Sequence record: NC_073321.1
Source: Escherichia phage ZCEC5
Direction: 5' to 3' (one strand)
Length of the DNA: 43,372 nucleotides
The notes under the pieces are model-generated. The model was not told the origin of the DNA. It did no database searches and saw nothing but the letters and a program-made list of their open reading frames with translations. Positions 8,473 to 17,019 of this stretch are shown here, one piece after another. Position numbers and translations under genes: made by a program. Positions within the stretch are counted from its first letter, which is position 1; the number at the start of each line of letters is the position of its first letter.

Positions 8473-8675
8473 GAGCTTGTGAAGTATGAACAAGCGACCG
8501 CGGCGCGGGCAGGTAACGGAGCGGGACGTAAGTCCTGAGTGTAGTTACGCTGACGCGTTCGGAAGGGCCACACTCTATTTCTTGTGTAAAAAGTAACTGG
8601 TTTACTGAGATTACGCCGTTTCTATGTTTAAATGATAAGGACTAGCGCCCCGCTTTAAGGCGGGGCTTTACTTAT
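8473..8675 (+). ncRNA. Candidate ~200-nt leader transcript / small RNA
   Basis: Noncoding GC-rich stretch between promoter 8438 and terminator 8644; contains only a weak 36-codon ORF (8486-8596). Confidence 0.25.
8644..8675 (+). terminator. Intrinsic terminator directly upstream of spanin genes
   Basis: Stem GCCCCGC / GCGGGGC (7 bp) followed by TTTACTTAT. Confidence 0.5.
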
Positions 8676-8690
8676 CGAGAAAGGAGAAAC

Positions 8691-9077
8691 ATGAATCTTA
8701 AAGAAACTGTCGTAGCAGGAGCATGTTTCGCCATCCTGGCTCACGCCCACGGCATATACCAGTATCGCAGCGGCTGGAACGAAGGCCGGGCAAATCTCGT
8801 TTCGCAGCAACAGCAGAAAGCGCAGGCTGAGTTAGCGAAGAAAACACAACGGCAGCAGCAGGACGAATCAAAGGCCGCAGCCGCTGACAACGAAGGCAAG
8901 ACGAAATCAGAGGTGATTACCCGTGAAGTCGTTAAGTACATTAAAACGCCTGGTCGCAGCGTGTGCACTTTTGACCCTGAGCGCGTGCAGCTCAAGTCCC
9001 GCGCCGTCGCCAACGCCAATTCCATCCCCGGATACGACGATGATGCAGCCGCCGTGCAAACTGGCCTCGCCAAGTAG
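8691..9077 (+). CDS. i-spanin (Rz-like)
   Basis: N-terminal TM segment then Q/A/K-rich coiled-coil region; overlapped by o-spanin ORF. Confidence 0.7.
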   Translation: MNLKETVVAGACFAILAHAHGIYQYRSGWNEGRANLVSQQQQKAQAELAKKTQRQQQDESKAAAADNEGKTKSEVITREVVKYIKTPGRSVCTFDPERVQLKSRAVANANSIPGYDDDAAAVQTGLAK

Positions 9078-9186
9078 CGATGCCGACGAGGATTTGGCTA
9101 TCGACGTTCAGAACGCCGAATGCGTACGGCAACTGAGACTGAAAGTGTTCATGTTGCAGGATTACGTGAGGAATATTCTGGAATAG
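8923..9186 (+). CDS. o-spanin (Rz1-like outer-membrane lipoprotein)
   Basis: Lipobox LLTLSAC, Pro-rich mature region; GTG start in alternate frame overlapping the i-spanin 3' end. Confidence 0.7.
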   Translation: MKSLSTLKRLVAACALLTLSACSSSPAPSPTPIPSPDTTMMQPPCKLASPSSDADEDLAIDVQNAECVRQLRLKVFMLQDYVRNILE

Positions 9187-9268
9187 TTGCCTTGCATGTT
9201 GGAATAATTTATTCTTGACATGTAAATCCGGGTGGCCCGGATTCCAACGTCCAGGGGACATACTGACT

Positions 9269-9970
9269 ATGAATCGTTTTTTACGTTATCCGTTCCAGGA
9301 AGAAGCTGGGGCAGAAGATAAAGCTAGCGGCGGTGACGCGCCGAAAATGTTCACCGCTGAAGAAGTTCAGGCGCTGATTGAGAAAGAAGTTGCCGGGCTT
9401 AAGGCTAATCAGGAAGCATTGCTGGCGGAGAAGAAAGAAGCCGCTCGTAAAGCAAAAGAAGCCGAAGAAGAACGGCAGCGCGCACACCAGGAGGCGTTAA
9501 AAGCCGCCGGTAAGATGGACGAGTTCGAAAAGACGATTCGTAGCCAGTATGACCCGGTGTTAGCTGAGAAAGATGGCCGCATCTCTAAAATGGCGGAGCG
9601 CATCCTCGGCAGCGAACGTAAAGCGGTGTTAGGCTCTTTCGCTGGTGACTTTATTACCCCGGAAGCAGTGGACATCCTCGCACCGTTCGTTAAGACTGAG
9701 TTCGAAGGTGATGATGTGGTTACTAAGTTTGTCGGCGCAGACGGTAATGTAATCACGACTGACCCGGAACAGTTCCGCAAATACCTGCGTGAACACAAAG
9801 CGTTTTCGCATTTGATTAAAGCAAATGCAGCTTCCGGCGGCGGGGCTTCCGGTAGCAAAGGCGGCGGGGCCGCACCAGCGTTTAAAGACATGAGTGAAGC
9901 AGAGCGTTTAGCCCTGTATAAATCGAACCCTGCCGAATTTGAACGGCAACTTAAAGCCCTGAGGAAATAA
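9269..9970 (+). CDS. Scaffolding protein (putative)
   Basis: Charged, A/E/K-rich coiled-coil-like protein immediately upstream of major capsid; ATG 9269 with RBS AGGGGA. Confidence 0.6.
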   Translation: MNRFLRYPFQEEAGAEDKASGGDAPKMFTAEEVQALIEKEVAGLKANQEALLAEKKEAARKAKEAEEERQRAHQEALKAAGKMDEFEKTIRSQYDPVLAEKDGRISKMAERILGSERKAVLGSFAGDFITPEAVDILAPFVKTEFEGDDVVTKFVGADGNVITTDPEQFRKYLREHKAFSHLIKANAASGGGASGSKGGGAAPAFKDMSEAERLALYKSNPAEFERQLKALRK

Positions 9971-9972
9971 TA

Positions 9973-11022
9973 ATGGCAATTACCACTATCGGCGATATCG
10001 TAACTGGCAACATCCCGGTCCTGGCGTCTTATATGACAGAGGACCCGGTAGAAAAAACCGCGTTCTTCCAGTCTGGTATTCTGACCCCGACTCCGTACGC
10101 CGCTGAGATTGCCCGCGGCCCGTCCAACATCGCCAACATTCCTTTCTGGAAAGCGATTGATACTTCTATTGAGCCTAACTACTCGAACGACGTGTATCAG
10201 GACATCGCTACCCCGCGTAATGTGCAAACCGGTGAGATGATGGCCCGCGTTGCGTACCTGAACGAAGGTTTTGGTCAGGCGGACCTGACTGTTGAACTTA
10301 CCAGCCAGAACCCGCTGCAATCCGTGGCTTCTCGTCTGGATAACTTCTGGCAGCGTCAGGCACAACGCCGTCTTATTGCTACCGCACTCGGTCTGTACAA
10401 CGACAACGTAGCCGCTACCGATGCTTACCACGAGCAGAACGACATGGTTATCGACGTGTCCGCTACTCTGGGCTTCGACTCCGGCGCGTTCATCGATGCT
10501 ACCCAGACTATGGGTGACGCTCTGATTGGCAACGGCGGTGAAGTGTTGGGCGCTATCGCGATGCACAGCTTCGTTTATGCGCAAGCACGTAAGCAACAGC
10601 TTATCGACTTTATCCGTGACGCCGACAACAACACCATGTTCGCCACCTACCAGGGCTACCGCGTGATTGTTGACGACAGCATGACCGTGGTCGGAACTGG
10701 CCCGAGCCGCAAGTTCATCTCCATCATCTTCGGCAACGGTGCTATCGGCTACGGAGAAGGCAATCCGGTCAAACCACTGCACTACGAGTATGAAGCGTCT
10801 CGTGGTAACGGCGGCGGCGTAGAAACCCTGTGGACCCGTAAGACCTGGTTGATGCACCCGCTGGGTTACAGCTTCACCAGCGCGGTAATCACTGGCAACG
10901 GCACCGAGACTATCGCCCGCTCTGCTTCATGGCAGGACCTGGCGAACGCCTCCAACTGGAACCGTGTGGTTGACCGTAAGCATGTACCGATTGCCTTCCT
11001 GGTAACTGGTGTCGGGGCTTAA
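9973..11022 (+). CDS. Major capsid protein
   Basis: 349 aa following scaffold, followed by terminator hairpin; size and position typical. Confidence 0.8.
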   Translation: MAITTIGDIVTGNIPVLASYMTEDPVEKTAFFQSGILTPTPYAAEIARGPSNIANIPFWKAIDTSIEPNYSNDVYQDIATPRNVQTGEMMARVAYLNEGFGQADLTVELTSQNPLQSVASRLDNFWQRQAQRRLIATALGLYNDNVAATDAYHEQNDMVIDVSATLGFDSGAFIDATQTMGDALIGNGGEVLGAIAMHSFVYAQARKQQLIDFIRDADNNTMFATYQGYRVIVDDSMTVVGTGPSRKFISIIFGNGAIGYGEGNPVKPLHYEYEASRGNGGGVETLWTRKTWLMHPLGYSFTSAVITGNGTETIARSASWQDLANASNWNRVVDRKHVPIAFLVTGVGA

Positions 11023-11037
11023 GGTTAAGCTATAATC

Positions 11038-11066
11038 GAGAGGGACTTCGGTCCCTCTTTTCATTT
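11038..11066 (+). terminator. Terminator/RNA-stability hairpin after capsid gene
   Basis: GAGAGGGAC-UUCG-GTCCCTCTT with UUCG tetraloop, then T-rich run. Confidence 0.45.
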
Positions 11067-11083
11067 ACTAAGAGGATTCCTCA

Positions 11084-11425
11084 ATGGCAGACGTATTGAA
11101 ACGACGCGTCACCGGCGTCTCCGCTGACGCCCCGGGCGCTAAGATTGACATGGCGACTATTTCTCCTGCGTCTTTCTCTTCCGCGCTGGCGGCTACTACC
11201 GCAGTGACCACAGGTGAAACTATGACGCTGACCGTAACCGTAGCTGGCGGTCTGGAGCCGTATTCTTACCAGTGGTATGAGAATAACAACGCTATCGCCG
11301 GGGCTAACGCGGCTACCTACGCTAAAGCGTCAACCACTACCGCTGATTCTGGTACGTATAAAGTGGTTGTTCACGATGTGTATGGTAATATTATCTCCAG
11401 CAGCACTGTAGCAACTGTGTCTTAA
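11084..11425 (+). CDS. Ig-like domain protein (Hoc-like decoration candidate)
   Basis: TLTVTVAGG...YSYQWYENN...SGTYKVVVHD Ig-like signature. Confidence 0.55.
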   Translation: MADVLKRRVTGVSADAPGAKIDMATISPASFSSALAATTAVTTGETMTLTVTVAGGLEPYSYQWYENNNAIAGANAATYAKASTTTADSGTYKVVVHDVYGNIISSSTVATVS

Positions 11426-11461
11426 TACAACGGCCCTTCGGGGCCGTAATAAGGAAAGGTC

Positions 11462-11641
11462 ATGGCAGATAATTATGTAATCCGCGAAAAGTACACCCAC
11501 GTTGATGTTGTTGACGGTCAGGTGATGCCCGTTCGCGGTGTTGCAGAACCGGATGAGCTTGTGGCAACGCAACCAGATAACGAAGAAGCGCACAACAACG
11601 GCGGTGGTACTAAACGTCGTCGCCGTAAGTCAGAGGAATAA
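11462..11641 (+). CDS. Hypothetical small protein (59 aa), basic C-terminus
   Basis: RBS AAGGAAAGG; KRRRRK tail; below the ORF-track size cutoff. Confidence 0.4.
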   Translation: MADNYVIREKYTHVDVVDGQVMPVRGVAEPDELVATQPDNEEAHNNGGGTKRRRRKSEE

Positions 11642-11644
11642 TTT

Positions 11645-12157
11645 ATGCCTCTAATCGTGGAAACGGGTGAAATCGTCCCTAATGCTGACAGTTACGTTAG
11701 TCTGGCTGACGCCCGCGCGTTAGCGGCTAATTATGGCCTGGAGTTGCCCGCGGATGATACCGCCGCCGAAGTTGCCTTACGTAACGGTGCTACTTATGTC
11801 GGGCTTGCAGAACCTCAGATGTGTGGTCGCCGTGTATCCGCCGAACAGTCTCTTGCATACCCTCGCACTGGCGTGACGTTGAATGGGTTCCCTGTAGCTA
11901 ACAACGCCATTCCAAAACAGGTGATTCTTGCGCAGGTAATCGCGTCCGCTACATATGGGGCAGGTACTGAGGTACGAGCTAACTCTGACGGTCGCTCTGT
12001 GCAGACTGAGCGTGTCGAGGGCGCGGTAACAGTGACGTACTTCAACAACGGCAGCTCTGGCGCCACGACCGCGATTACCGCTGCTGACGACGCATTACGC
12101 CCGTTACTGTGCGGTGGTCTTAACAATGGCTTCTCGTTTAACGTGTACCGGGGTTAA
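11645..12157 (+). CDS. Head-tail connector/adaptor protein (putative)
   Basis: Position in head-to-tail joining block; RBS GAGGAA. Confidence 0.45.
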   Translation: MPLIVETGEIVPNADSYVSLADARALAANYGLELPADDTAAEVALRNGATYVGLAEPQMCGRRVSAEQSLAYPRTGVTLNGFPVANNAIPKQVILAQVIASATYGAGTEVRANSDGRSVQTERVEGAVTVTYFNNGSSGATTAITAADDALRPLLCGGLNNGFSFNVYRG

Positions 12158-12159
12158 AA

Positions 12160-12774
12160 ATGGCGAAGACTAAAACAGAGATGTTTACCCTTATCGGTGC
12201 GAACCTCCCTGATAACACCACCGGACTTATTACCCCCGCCGCATTGCGCGAGGTAATGACACAGATGGCTGACTCGCCTATCTACGCCACTCCAGGTGTT
12301 AAAGAAGTTGAAGTCCTCCGCGCTGCGTCTACCGTAATACAAGCGCCAACAGCGGTTAACACAGCATTGCAGTTAACTTTCGGCTCTGCTCAGGGTAGCG
12401 CATCCGACCCTGTAATGATTAATGCTGCGGGGCTGGTTACGTTCAACACCGCAGGTAACTACACCGTTCGCATCAAGTTACAAGCGGGTCGCACGGGGGC
12501 GAGTGGTACATCAATCCTTTTATCACGCATTCTCCTTAATGGCGCCCAGTACGGCTCACCCGCCGCTACGAAACTGGTAAGCGCTGACGTAACAATCCCG
12601 ATTGAGTCTCGCGTAGTTATTAACCCAACCGCGGGCCAGACGTTTGCCGTTCAGATTATGCGGGACAGTGCAGGAAGCAACTTCGGCGGCGTATACCCAC
12701 AAGCGGCTACCGTAACCGCATGGGGTACCGCACCATCCGCGCTGCTGGTTATTTCGAGACTGGAGACCGCGTAA
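12160..12774 (+). CDS. Structural protein, unknown function
   Basis: 204 aa in the morphogenesis operon. Confidence 0.45.
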   Translation: MAKTKTEMFTLIGANLPDNTTGLITPAALREVMTQMADSPIYATPGVKEVEVLRAASTVIQAPTAVNTALQLTFGSAQGSASDPVMINAAGLVTFNTAGNYTVRIKLQAGRTGASGTSILLSRILLNGAQYGSPAATKLVSADVTIPIESRVVINPTAGQTFAVQIMRDSAGSNFGGVYPQAATVTAWGTAPSALLVISRLETA

Positions 12775-13133
12775 TGAGCACAGCTTTCAGTAAACGTATG
12801 CAAGGCGTAGGTACACGCCTGCTAACCAAATTCGGTAGCACGGTATCTCTGATTCGCGCTGGCTCGAAAGTGTGGGATGAAGTCCTCGGTGAGTACGTCT
12901 GGCCCGCCGACGAAGTGTTACCGTTGAAGGCCGTTCCGGTTCCGGTAAACGCGGGATTGGTGAACGGTACAACGATTCAGGCGGGCGACATGATTGTTAA
13001 AGCCGATTACAGCGTCGTTCCGAAGATGGAAGACAAGGTGCAATTCGGTGGCGAGCAATGGTCTGTCGTAGCTATCGAGAAGAAGATGGTTAACGATGAT
13101 GTCGTGGCCTACTTTATTCAGGTAAGAAAATGA
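12774..13133 (+). CDS. Head-tail joining / head closure protein (putative)
   Basis: ORF-track 12720..13133 frame; ATG 12774 overlaps upstream stop. Confidence 0.45.
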   Translation: MSTAFSKRMQGVGTRLLTKFGSTVSLIRAGSKVWDEVLGEYVWPADEVLPLKAVPVPVNAGLVNGTTIQAGDMIVKADYSVVPKMEDKVQFGGEQWSVVAIEKKMVNDDVVAYFIQVRK

Positions 13134-13528
13134 CACCATTTGAACAGTCTATTCAGAATTTTATAAAGAAGGCCAAAAAGAACCCTGAACTGGTGGTTCG
13201 CCAGGTCACGATTAAATTATATTCTCAGATTATAATGGCAAGTCCCGTTGACACGGGTAGATTCCGGATGAATTGGCAGGTCAGTAATAACACGCCAGCA
13301 ACGGGTGTTTTAATAGCCAACGACCCTTCCGGGAGCAGAGCCATAGGTCGGATGACAAGTTACGTTATGTCATCTCCTGAGTGGGAAAATTTCTGTTTTA
13401 CAAATAATTTGCCATATGCGGAAAGGTTAGAATATGGGTACTCACAGCAAGCACCTCAAGGCATGGTCCGTGTGACTGTCACCAGATTCCAACGTCTACT
13501 CAACGAAGCTGCGGCGAGGGCAGATTGA
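13130..13528 (+). CDS. HK97 gp10-like neck/tail-completion protein
   Basis: VDTGRFRMNW motif resembling the DTGxLRxS signature of the HK97 gp10 family; ATGA-coupled. Confidence 0.55.
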   Translation: MTPFEQSIQNFIKKAKKNPELVVRQVTIKLYSQIIMASPVDTGRFRMNWQVSNNTPATGVLIANDPSGSRAIGRMTSYVMSSPEWENFCFTNNLPYAERLEYGYSQQAPQGMVRVTVTRFQRLLNEAAARAD

Positions 13529-13941
13529 TGGGCTATTTCGAGGACTTAACAAAAGCGTTCGATGTGCCGCTGGTAGCCTTCGGAACAACCAACAGCATCA
13601 AAGTAGCGCTTGAAAACATCGACGCGCCGACGTCAACTGATACGCCGTATCTGGCAAGTTACATGTTACTGGCAGATACGGAACAGGCGGATTTGTTCTT
13701 CACGGAACAACGCTCTGGTATCTATCAGGTCGATATTAACTACGCATCGGTGAAAGGTAGCGCGCCAATCAATAAAATGGCAGACTTACTTAACACGGCG
13801 TTTAAAGCAGGTAAGTCATTTTCACGTAACGACATCTGCGCCGAGGTTCAATCGGTTAGCCTGGGGCCGCTGATTGTAGAAAACGGATGGGCCAAACGGC
13901 CATTGTCAATTAACTTTATCGCATTCACCAAGAGGCTGTGA
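13525..13941 (+). CDS. Tail terminator protein (putative)
   Basis: Position immediately upstream of major tail protein. Confidence 0.45.
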   Translation: MMGYFEDLTKAFDVPLVAFGTTNSIKVALENIDAPTSTDTPYLASYMLLADTEQADLFFTEQRSGIYQVDINYASVKGSAPINKMADLLNTAFKAGKSFSRNDICAEVQSVSLGPLIVENGWAKRPLSINFIAFTKRL

Positions 13942-13943
13942 AT

Positions 13944-15110
13944 ATGGCTACAACTCCTTTTAAGGGCGCGAATACCGCGCAATTCTATGTGGCGGAAGTG
14001 ACCCCGGGCGTAACACCAAGTAACCCGGTCTGGTCGCCGTTGCGTAACACTGGCGGCGTTCCGGCCATTACCCGCGACACGCTGACCTCCAACGAACTGG
14101 ACGGCAGCCGTGAAACTACGTCCATCCGCACCGGTAACAAACAGGTTAGTGGAGAATATGCCATCGAGCTTAGCTCGAAAAGCCAGGACGACTGGTTGGC
14201 TGGGGCTTTAGGTTCTACGTGGCAATCCGGTGTATCCTTGACTGACCTGTCAATTACCGTAGCACCGGCAGGCAAGACGTTCACCCGTGCTGATGGCAGC
14301 TTCATTACTGACGGTGTGGAAGTAGGCGACCTGATTGCGTTCACCGACTTAACGGGTGATAACGCCAAACCGTTTATCGTTACTGCGGTAGAGGCACTGG
14401 TAGTTACCGGCGCGGGCATTCAGCACACCCTCACCACAGAGACAGCCACTACCGCGGCTAAAACCGGCGACAAACTGGAAACCGGTAGCCAGTGTAAGAC
14501 GTTCTCTATTCTCACCTGGTACAAAGGCCAGTGCGGCGGGGCTGACGCGTACACACTGACCAAAGGTGTGGAAGTTTCTGGTTTTACCATCGAACAGGCT
14601 GTTAACGCGATGGTAACTGGCAGCTTCCCGTTCATCGGTCGCAGTCAGGAGATTCTCGCCACGCAGCCGTCTGGTTCTGACTTCTCCTCTGTTACGTTTG
14701 GTGACGAGCCGTTCTCCTCGGTCGACGTTTCCGTGTTCGATGGCTCAACGCCGTTGCGCTGCGACAGCCTGACCATCACCAACGATAACAGCGCGTCCGC
14801 TCAGTTCGAACTGGGCAACACTAACGTAGCGTTTGTGGAGCGTAGCCGTGCGGCTAACACCTTCTCCATCTCCGGTAAGCTGTACGACATGGCGATGATT
14901 CAGAAGTTTATCAACGAGCAGCAGGTAGAGATTAACTCTATTCTGACGGGGGTAAACGGTGCTATGTCTTTCAGTTTGAAACGCGCAGAACTTACAGCGG
15001 TTACGCCAGAAATATCTGGCCCGGAATCAATTACGCAAAGCATAGAAGGACAGTCAACAGGTAACCAGTACCAGTCGTCTATCATTATTCAGCGCATCAC
15101 CTACGCATAA
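13944..15110 (+). CDS. Major tail protein
   Basis: 388 aa, T/S/G-rich, upstream of chaperone and tape measure genes; RBS AAGAGG (GTG at 13938 also possible). Confidence 0.65.
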   Translation: MATTPFKGANTAQFYVAEVTPGVTPSNPVWSPLRNTGGVPAITRDTLTSNELDGSRETTSIRTGNKQVSGEYAIELSSKSQDDWLAGALGSTWQSGVSLTDLSITVAPAGKTFTRADGSFITDGVEVGDLIAFTDLTGDNAKPFIVTAVEALVVTGAGIQHTLTTETATTAAKTGDKLETGSQCKTFSILTWYKGQCGGADAYTLTKGVEVSGFTIEQAVNAMVTGSFPFIGRSQEILATQPSGSDFSSVTFGDEPFSSVDVSVFDGSTPLRCDSLTITNDNSASAQFELGNTNVAFVERSRAANTFSISGKLYDMAMIQKFINEQQVEINSILTGVNGAMSFSLKRAELTAVTPEISGPESITQSIEGQSTGNQYQSSIIIQRITYA

Positions 15111-15114
15111 AACT

Positions 15115-15140
15115 AAGGCCCCGAAAGGGGCCTTTTTCTT
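15115..15140. terminator. Bidirectional intrinsic terminator
   Basis: AAGGCCCC-GAAA-GGGGCCTT followed by T5 on + and T4 on -. Confidence 0.6.
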
Positions 15141-15315
15141 ACTCACTTTTGAATGGCATTTCATAGAAGTTAGTTAACTGGCCTCGGTCACTTCGTTCTG
15201 TCGTTTCTTTTGAGGCCTCTTCCTTACTACCTACGGCGTAAATATCAACCCACTCATCCCATTCTTCGTCATATACGCGGATTACATATATTGTTTTCAT
15301 AATATTTTCACTCAT
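15139..15315 (-). CDS. Hypothetical small protein (about 58 aa)
   Basis: ORF-track 15139..15357 frame; ATG 15315 with RBS AGGAG. Confidence 0.4.
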   Translation of the reverse strand: MSENIMKTIYVIRVYDEEWDEWVDIYAVGSKEEASKETTERSDRGQLTNFYEMPFKSE

Positions 15316-15538
15316 CAATATTACTCCTGTACTCCCGTAACTTCTCCAGACTTTCAATTGCTTCTGCTAAGTCGGTTCCGGAGTCTTTGTGACCGCGCAG
15401 ACCCATACACAGCAGTTTCTTTAACGCATGCTGTAGCGCCGGGTCACGGATATCGAAGGCGCGTAGCACATCATAGACGTCTACTGTCATGGTGCTGCCG
15501 TGGGTGTTTGTCATTGTGCGGTTGTATTTTGAAGTCAT
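15308..15538 (-). CDS. Hypothetical protein (76 aa)
   Basis: ATGA-coupled to upstream metallophosphoesterase gene. Confidence 0.45.
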   Translation of the reverse strand: MTSKYNRTMTNTHGSTMTVDVYDVLRAFDIRDPALQHALKKLLCMGLRGHKDSGTDLAEAIESLEKLREYRSNIDE

Positions 15539-16665
15539 CCCAGCATCTCCGGTGAAATAGTTAAACGTGCGACCTCGCCATATTCGGCGCTATAAGTAAT
15601 CACATTTGCGCTACGGCCTGACATCCATCCGCCTCTGGATGCGTAGGCGTCTTTGGCCGCTAAGGTGCGGTGTTGCTCAACAATCATATTACGGCTTTCT
15701 ACAATCTTCTGGTGGTGCAGGTGGCCTACGTGGGCGTAGCTGTAAACACTCTCGCCGAACGCTTTGCGGAACTTAGCAATCATAACCGGTTCGATAGCAT
15801 CGAATCGTGCTTTATGCCCGTGGTGAAAGAACAATGTCGTTTTGCCGTGCTGCACCATCTTATAAACATCCGGCGATGTATCCACGGTAACTCGGCTGTC
15901 TTTTGAGTATAAAGTCGTGAACATTTCAGCCAGCCATACGGAGCCGACAGGGTCGTGATTTCCTTGCACGATAAGCAAGCGAACATTTTTGTGCTTAACG
16001 AGGGCCATATCGACAACACGGCGGACCATACGAATCATGTAGCGGACCAGTTTCTGGTAGCGGGTATCCGCATCCAACACATGGCGCGACTCCGGCGTAA
16101 CGGCATCAAGACTATCAAAGTGCGCGAAGTCCCCCAGCAGGTTAATAACTCCTGTTCCTGCATCTGGTGCTTTCTGAAACGCAGCATCGAACCACCGAGA
16201 GAACAGGTCTTCCGCAATCTTCATATCCCAGTCGTCGCCGCTCTCGTCCGCCCACGCCAGCATACCGAGATGAAAATCAGATACCGTGTAAAGATTGAGT
16301 AGCTTGTCGTCGCGTTTAGCGCGGGCGGCTTTAACAGGCGCAACGGGGGTAATCTCTGACTTCATGCCTTCAACCACGGCTTTCATCAACTCAATCTGCC
16401 GTTCGGCATCGGTGTCGGTCTTAACCCATTGCAACTTAGTGTTGCCAAACTCGTCCACCAGGGACGACGTTCCTTTAATTTTGTAGCCGTCCGGCACAAG
16501 GTGGCTAACGTCGCGCCCGTGGCCTACGCCTTTCTTAGCTAGCTTCGCTTTACGAATACGAATAACGCGGTCGGAGATGCCGTATTTACGGGCGATATCG
16601 ATAATTTTTGTTCCGGCGTTCAATTCTTCCTGTAGCTGTTCGTCGGTTATTTTCTTCTGGGCCAT
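15535..16665 (-). CDS. HTH-domain protein fused to Mre11/SbcD-like calcineurin-type metallophosphoesterase
   Basis: Motifs I-V in order: YTVSDFHLG, LLGDFAHFD, VQGNHD, FHHGH, VGHLHH; N-terminal helix-turn-helix-like region (IIDIARKYGISDRVIRIRK); RBS GAGGAAG. Confidence 0.7.
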   Translation of the reverse strand: MAQKKITDEQLQEELNAGTKIIDIARKYGISDRVIRIRKAKLAKKGVGHGRDVSHLVPDGYKIKGTSSLVDEFGNTKLQWVKTDTDAERQIELMKAVVEGMKSEITPVAPVKAARAKRDDKLLNLYTVSDFHLGMLAWADESGDDWDMKIAEDLFSRWFDAAFQKAPDAGTGVINLLGDFAHFDSLDAVTPESRHVLDADTRYQKLVRYMIRMVRRVVDMALVKHKNVRLLIVQGNHDPVGSVWLAEMFTTLYSKDSRVTVDTSPDVYKMVQHGKTTLFFHHGHKARFDAIEPVMIAKFRKAFGESVYSYAHVGHLHHQKIVESRNMIVEQHRTLAAKDAYASRGGWMSGRSANVITYSAEYGEVARLTISPEMLG

Positions 16666-16703
16666 GCTTACTTCCTCGTGTTTAGGATTTGTCCTATACT
16701 AGC

Positions 16704-16910
16704 TCACTTCTCGTTAACATTCGAGTTGCACGCCCAGATTAAAATAAATACCCACGGCAGCAGAACCCAACCAAGAAACAGGTTAGCCATGAATATAGCT
16801 AACTTCGCTTTATGGTTACGGAAGTACGCAACCAGGAAAGGTGCGAAATAAGCGAGCAGTGCAAACAGAATTAAGGAAACTGGTAAACTGGACATTTTAA
16901 ACCCCTTCAT
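16704..16910 (-). CDS. Superinfection immunity (Imm-like) membrane protein
   Basis: Two TM helices with pattern YFAPFLVAYFRNHKAKLAIFMANLFLGWVLLPWVFILIWA, recalled to match the T4 Imm-like family; start possibly at 16895 (RBS AAGGGG). Confidence 0.55.
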   Translation of the reverse strand: MKGFKMSSLPVSLILFALLAYFAPFLVAYFRNHKAKLAIFMANLFLGWVLLPWVFILIWACNSNVNEK

Positions 16911-16925
16911 TGTTGGTGTGAGTGA

Positions 16926-16954
16926 ATAGTACCCTATTATATTGGGGTGCGCAA
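16926..16954 (-). promoter_or_regulatory. Class B promoter TTGCGC-17-TACTAT driving the Imm/metallophosphoesterase island
   Basis: Shares 30/33 positions with the promoter at 8339-8371. Confidence 0.5.
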
Positions 16955-17019
16955 GTAATGTGATAGAATAATTTTGCGCCTAGTGTCGCACACGAAAAGC
17001 GGGTGGTTCCCGTCTGGCG

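Noticed and set aside
8470-8640. Possible tRNA in the GC-rich leader
   Set aside because: Checked for a T-loop and acceptor structure; GTTCGGAAG has G where the invariant A58 should be and no matching acceptor stem was found. Not confirmed without tRNAscan.
9215-9268. TTG start extending the scaffold ORF
   Set aside because: The extension overlaps a hairpin and a TTGACA hexamer with no RBS; ATG 9269 has an AGGGGA RBS.
9409-10857. 482-aa ORF on the minus strand
   Set aside because: Lies antisense to the scaffold and major capsid genes, has low-complexity Ala/Ser/Arg-rich translation and no RBS; treated as a GC-rich antisense artefact.
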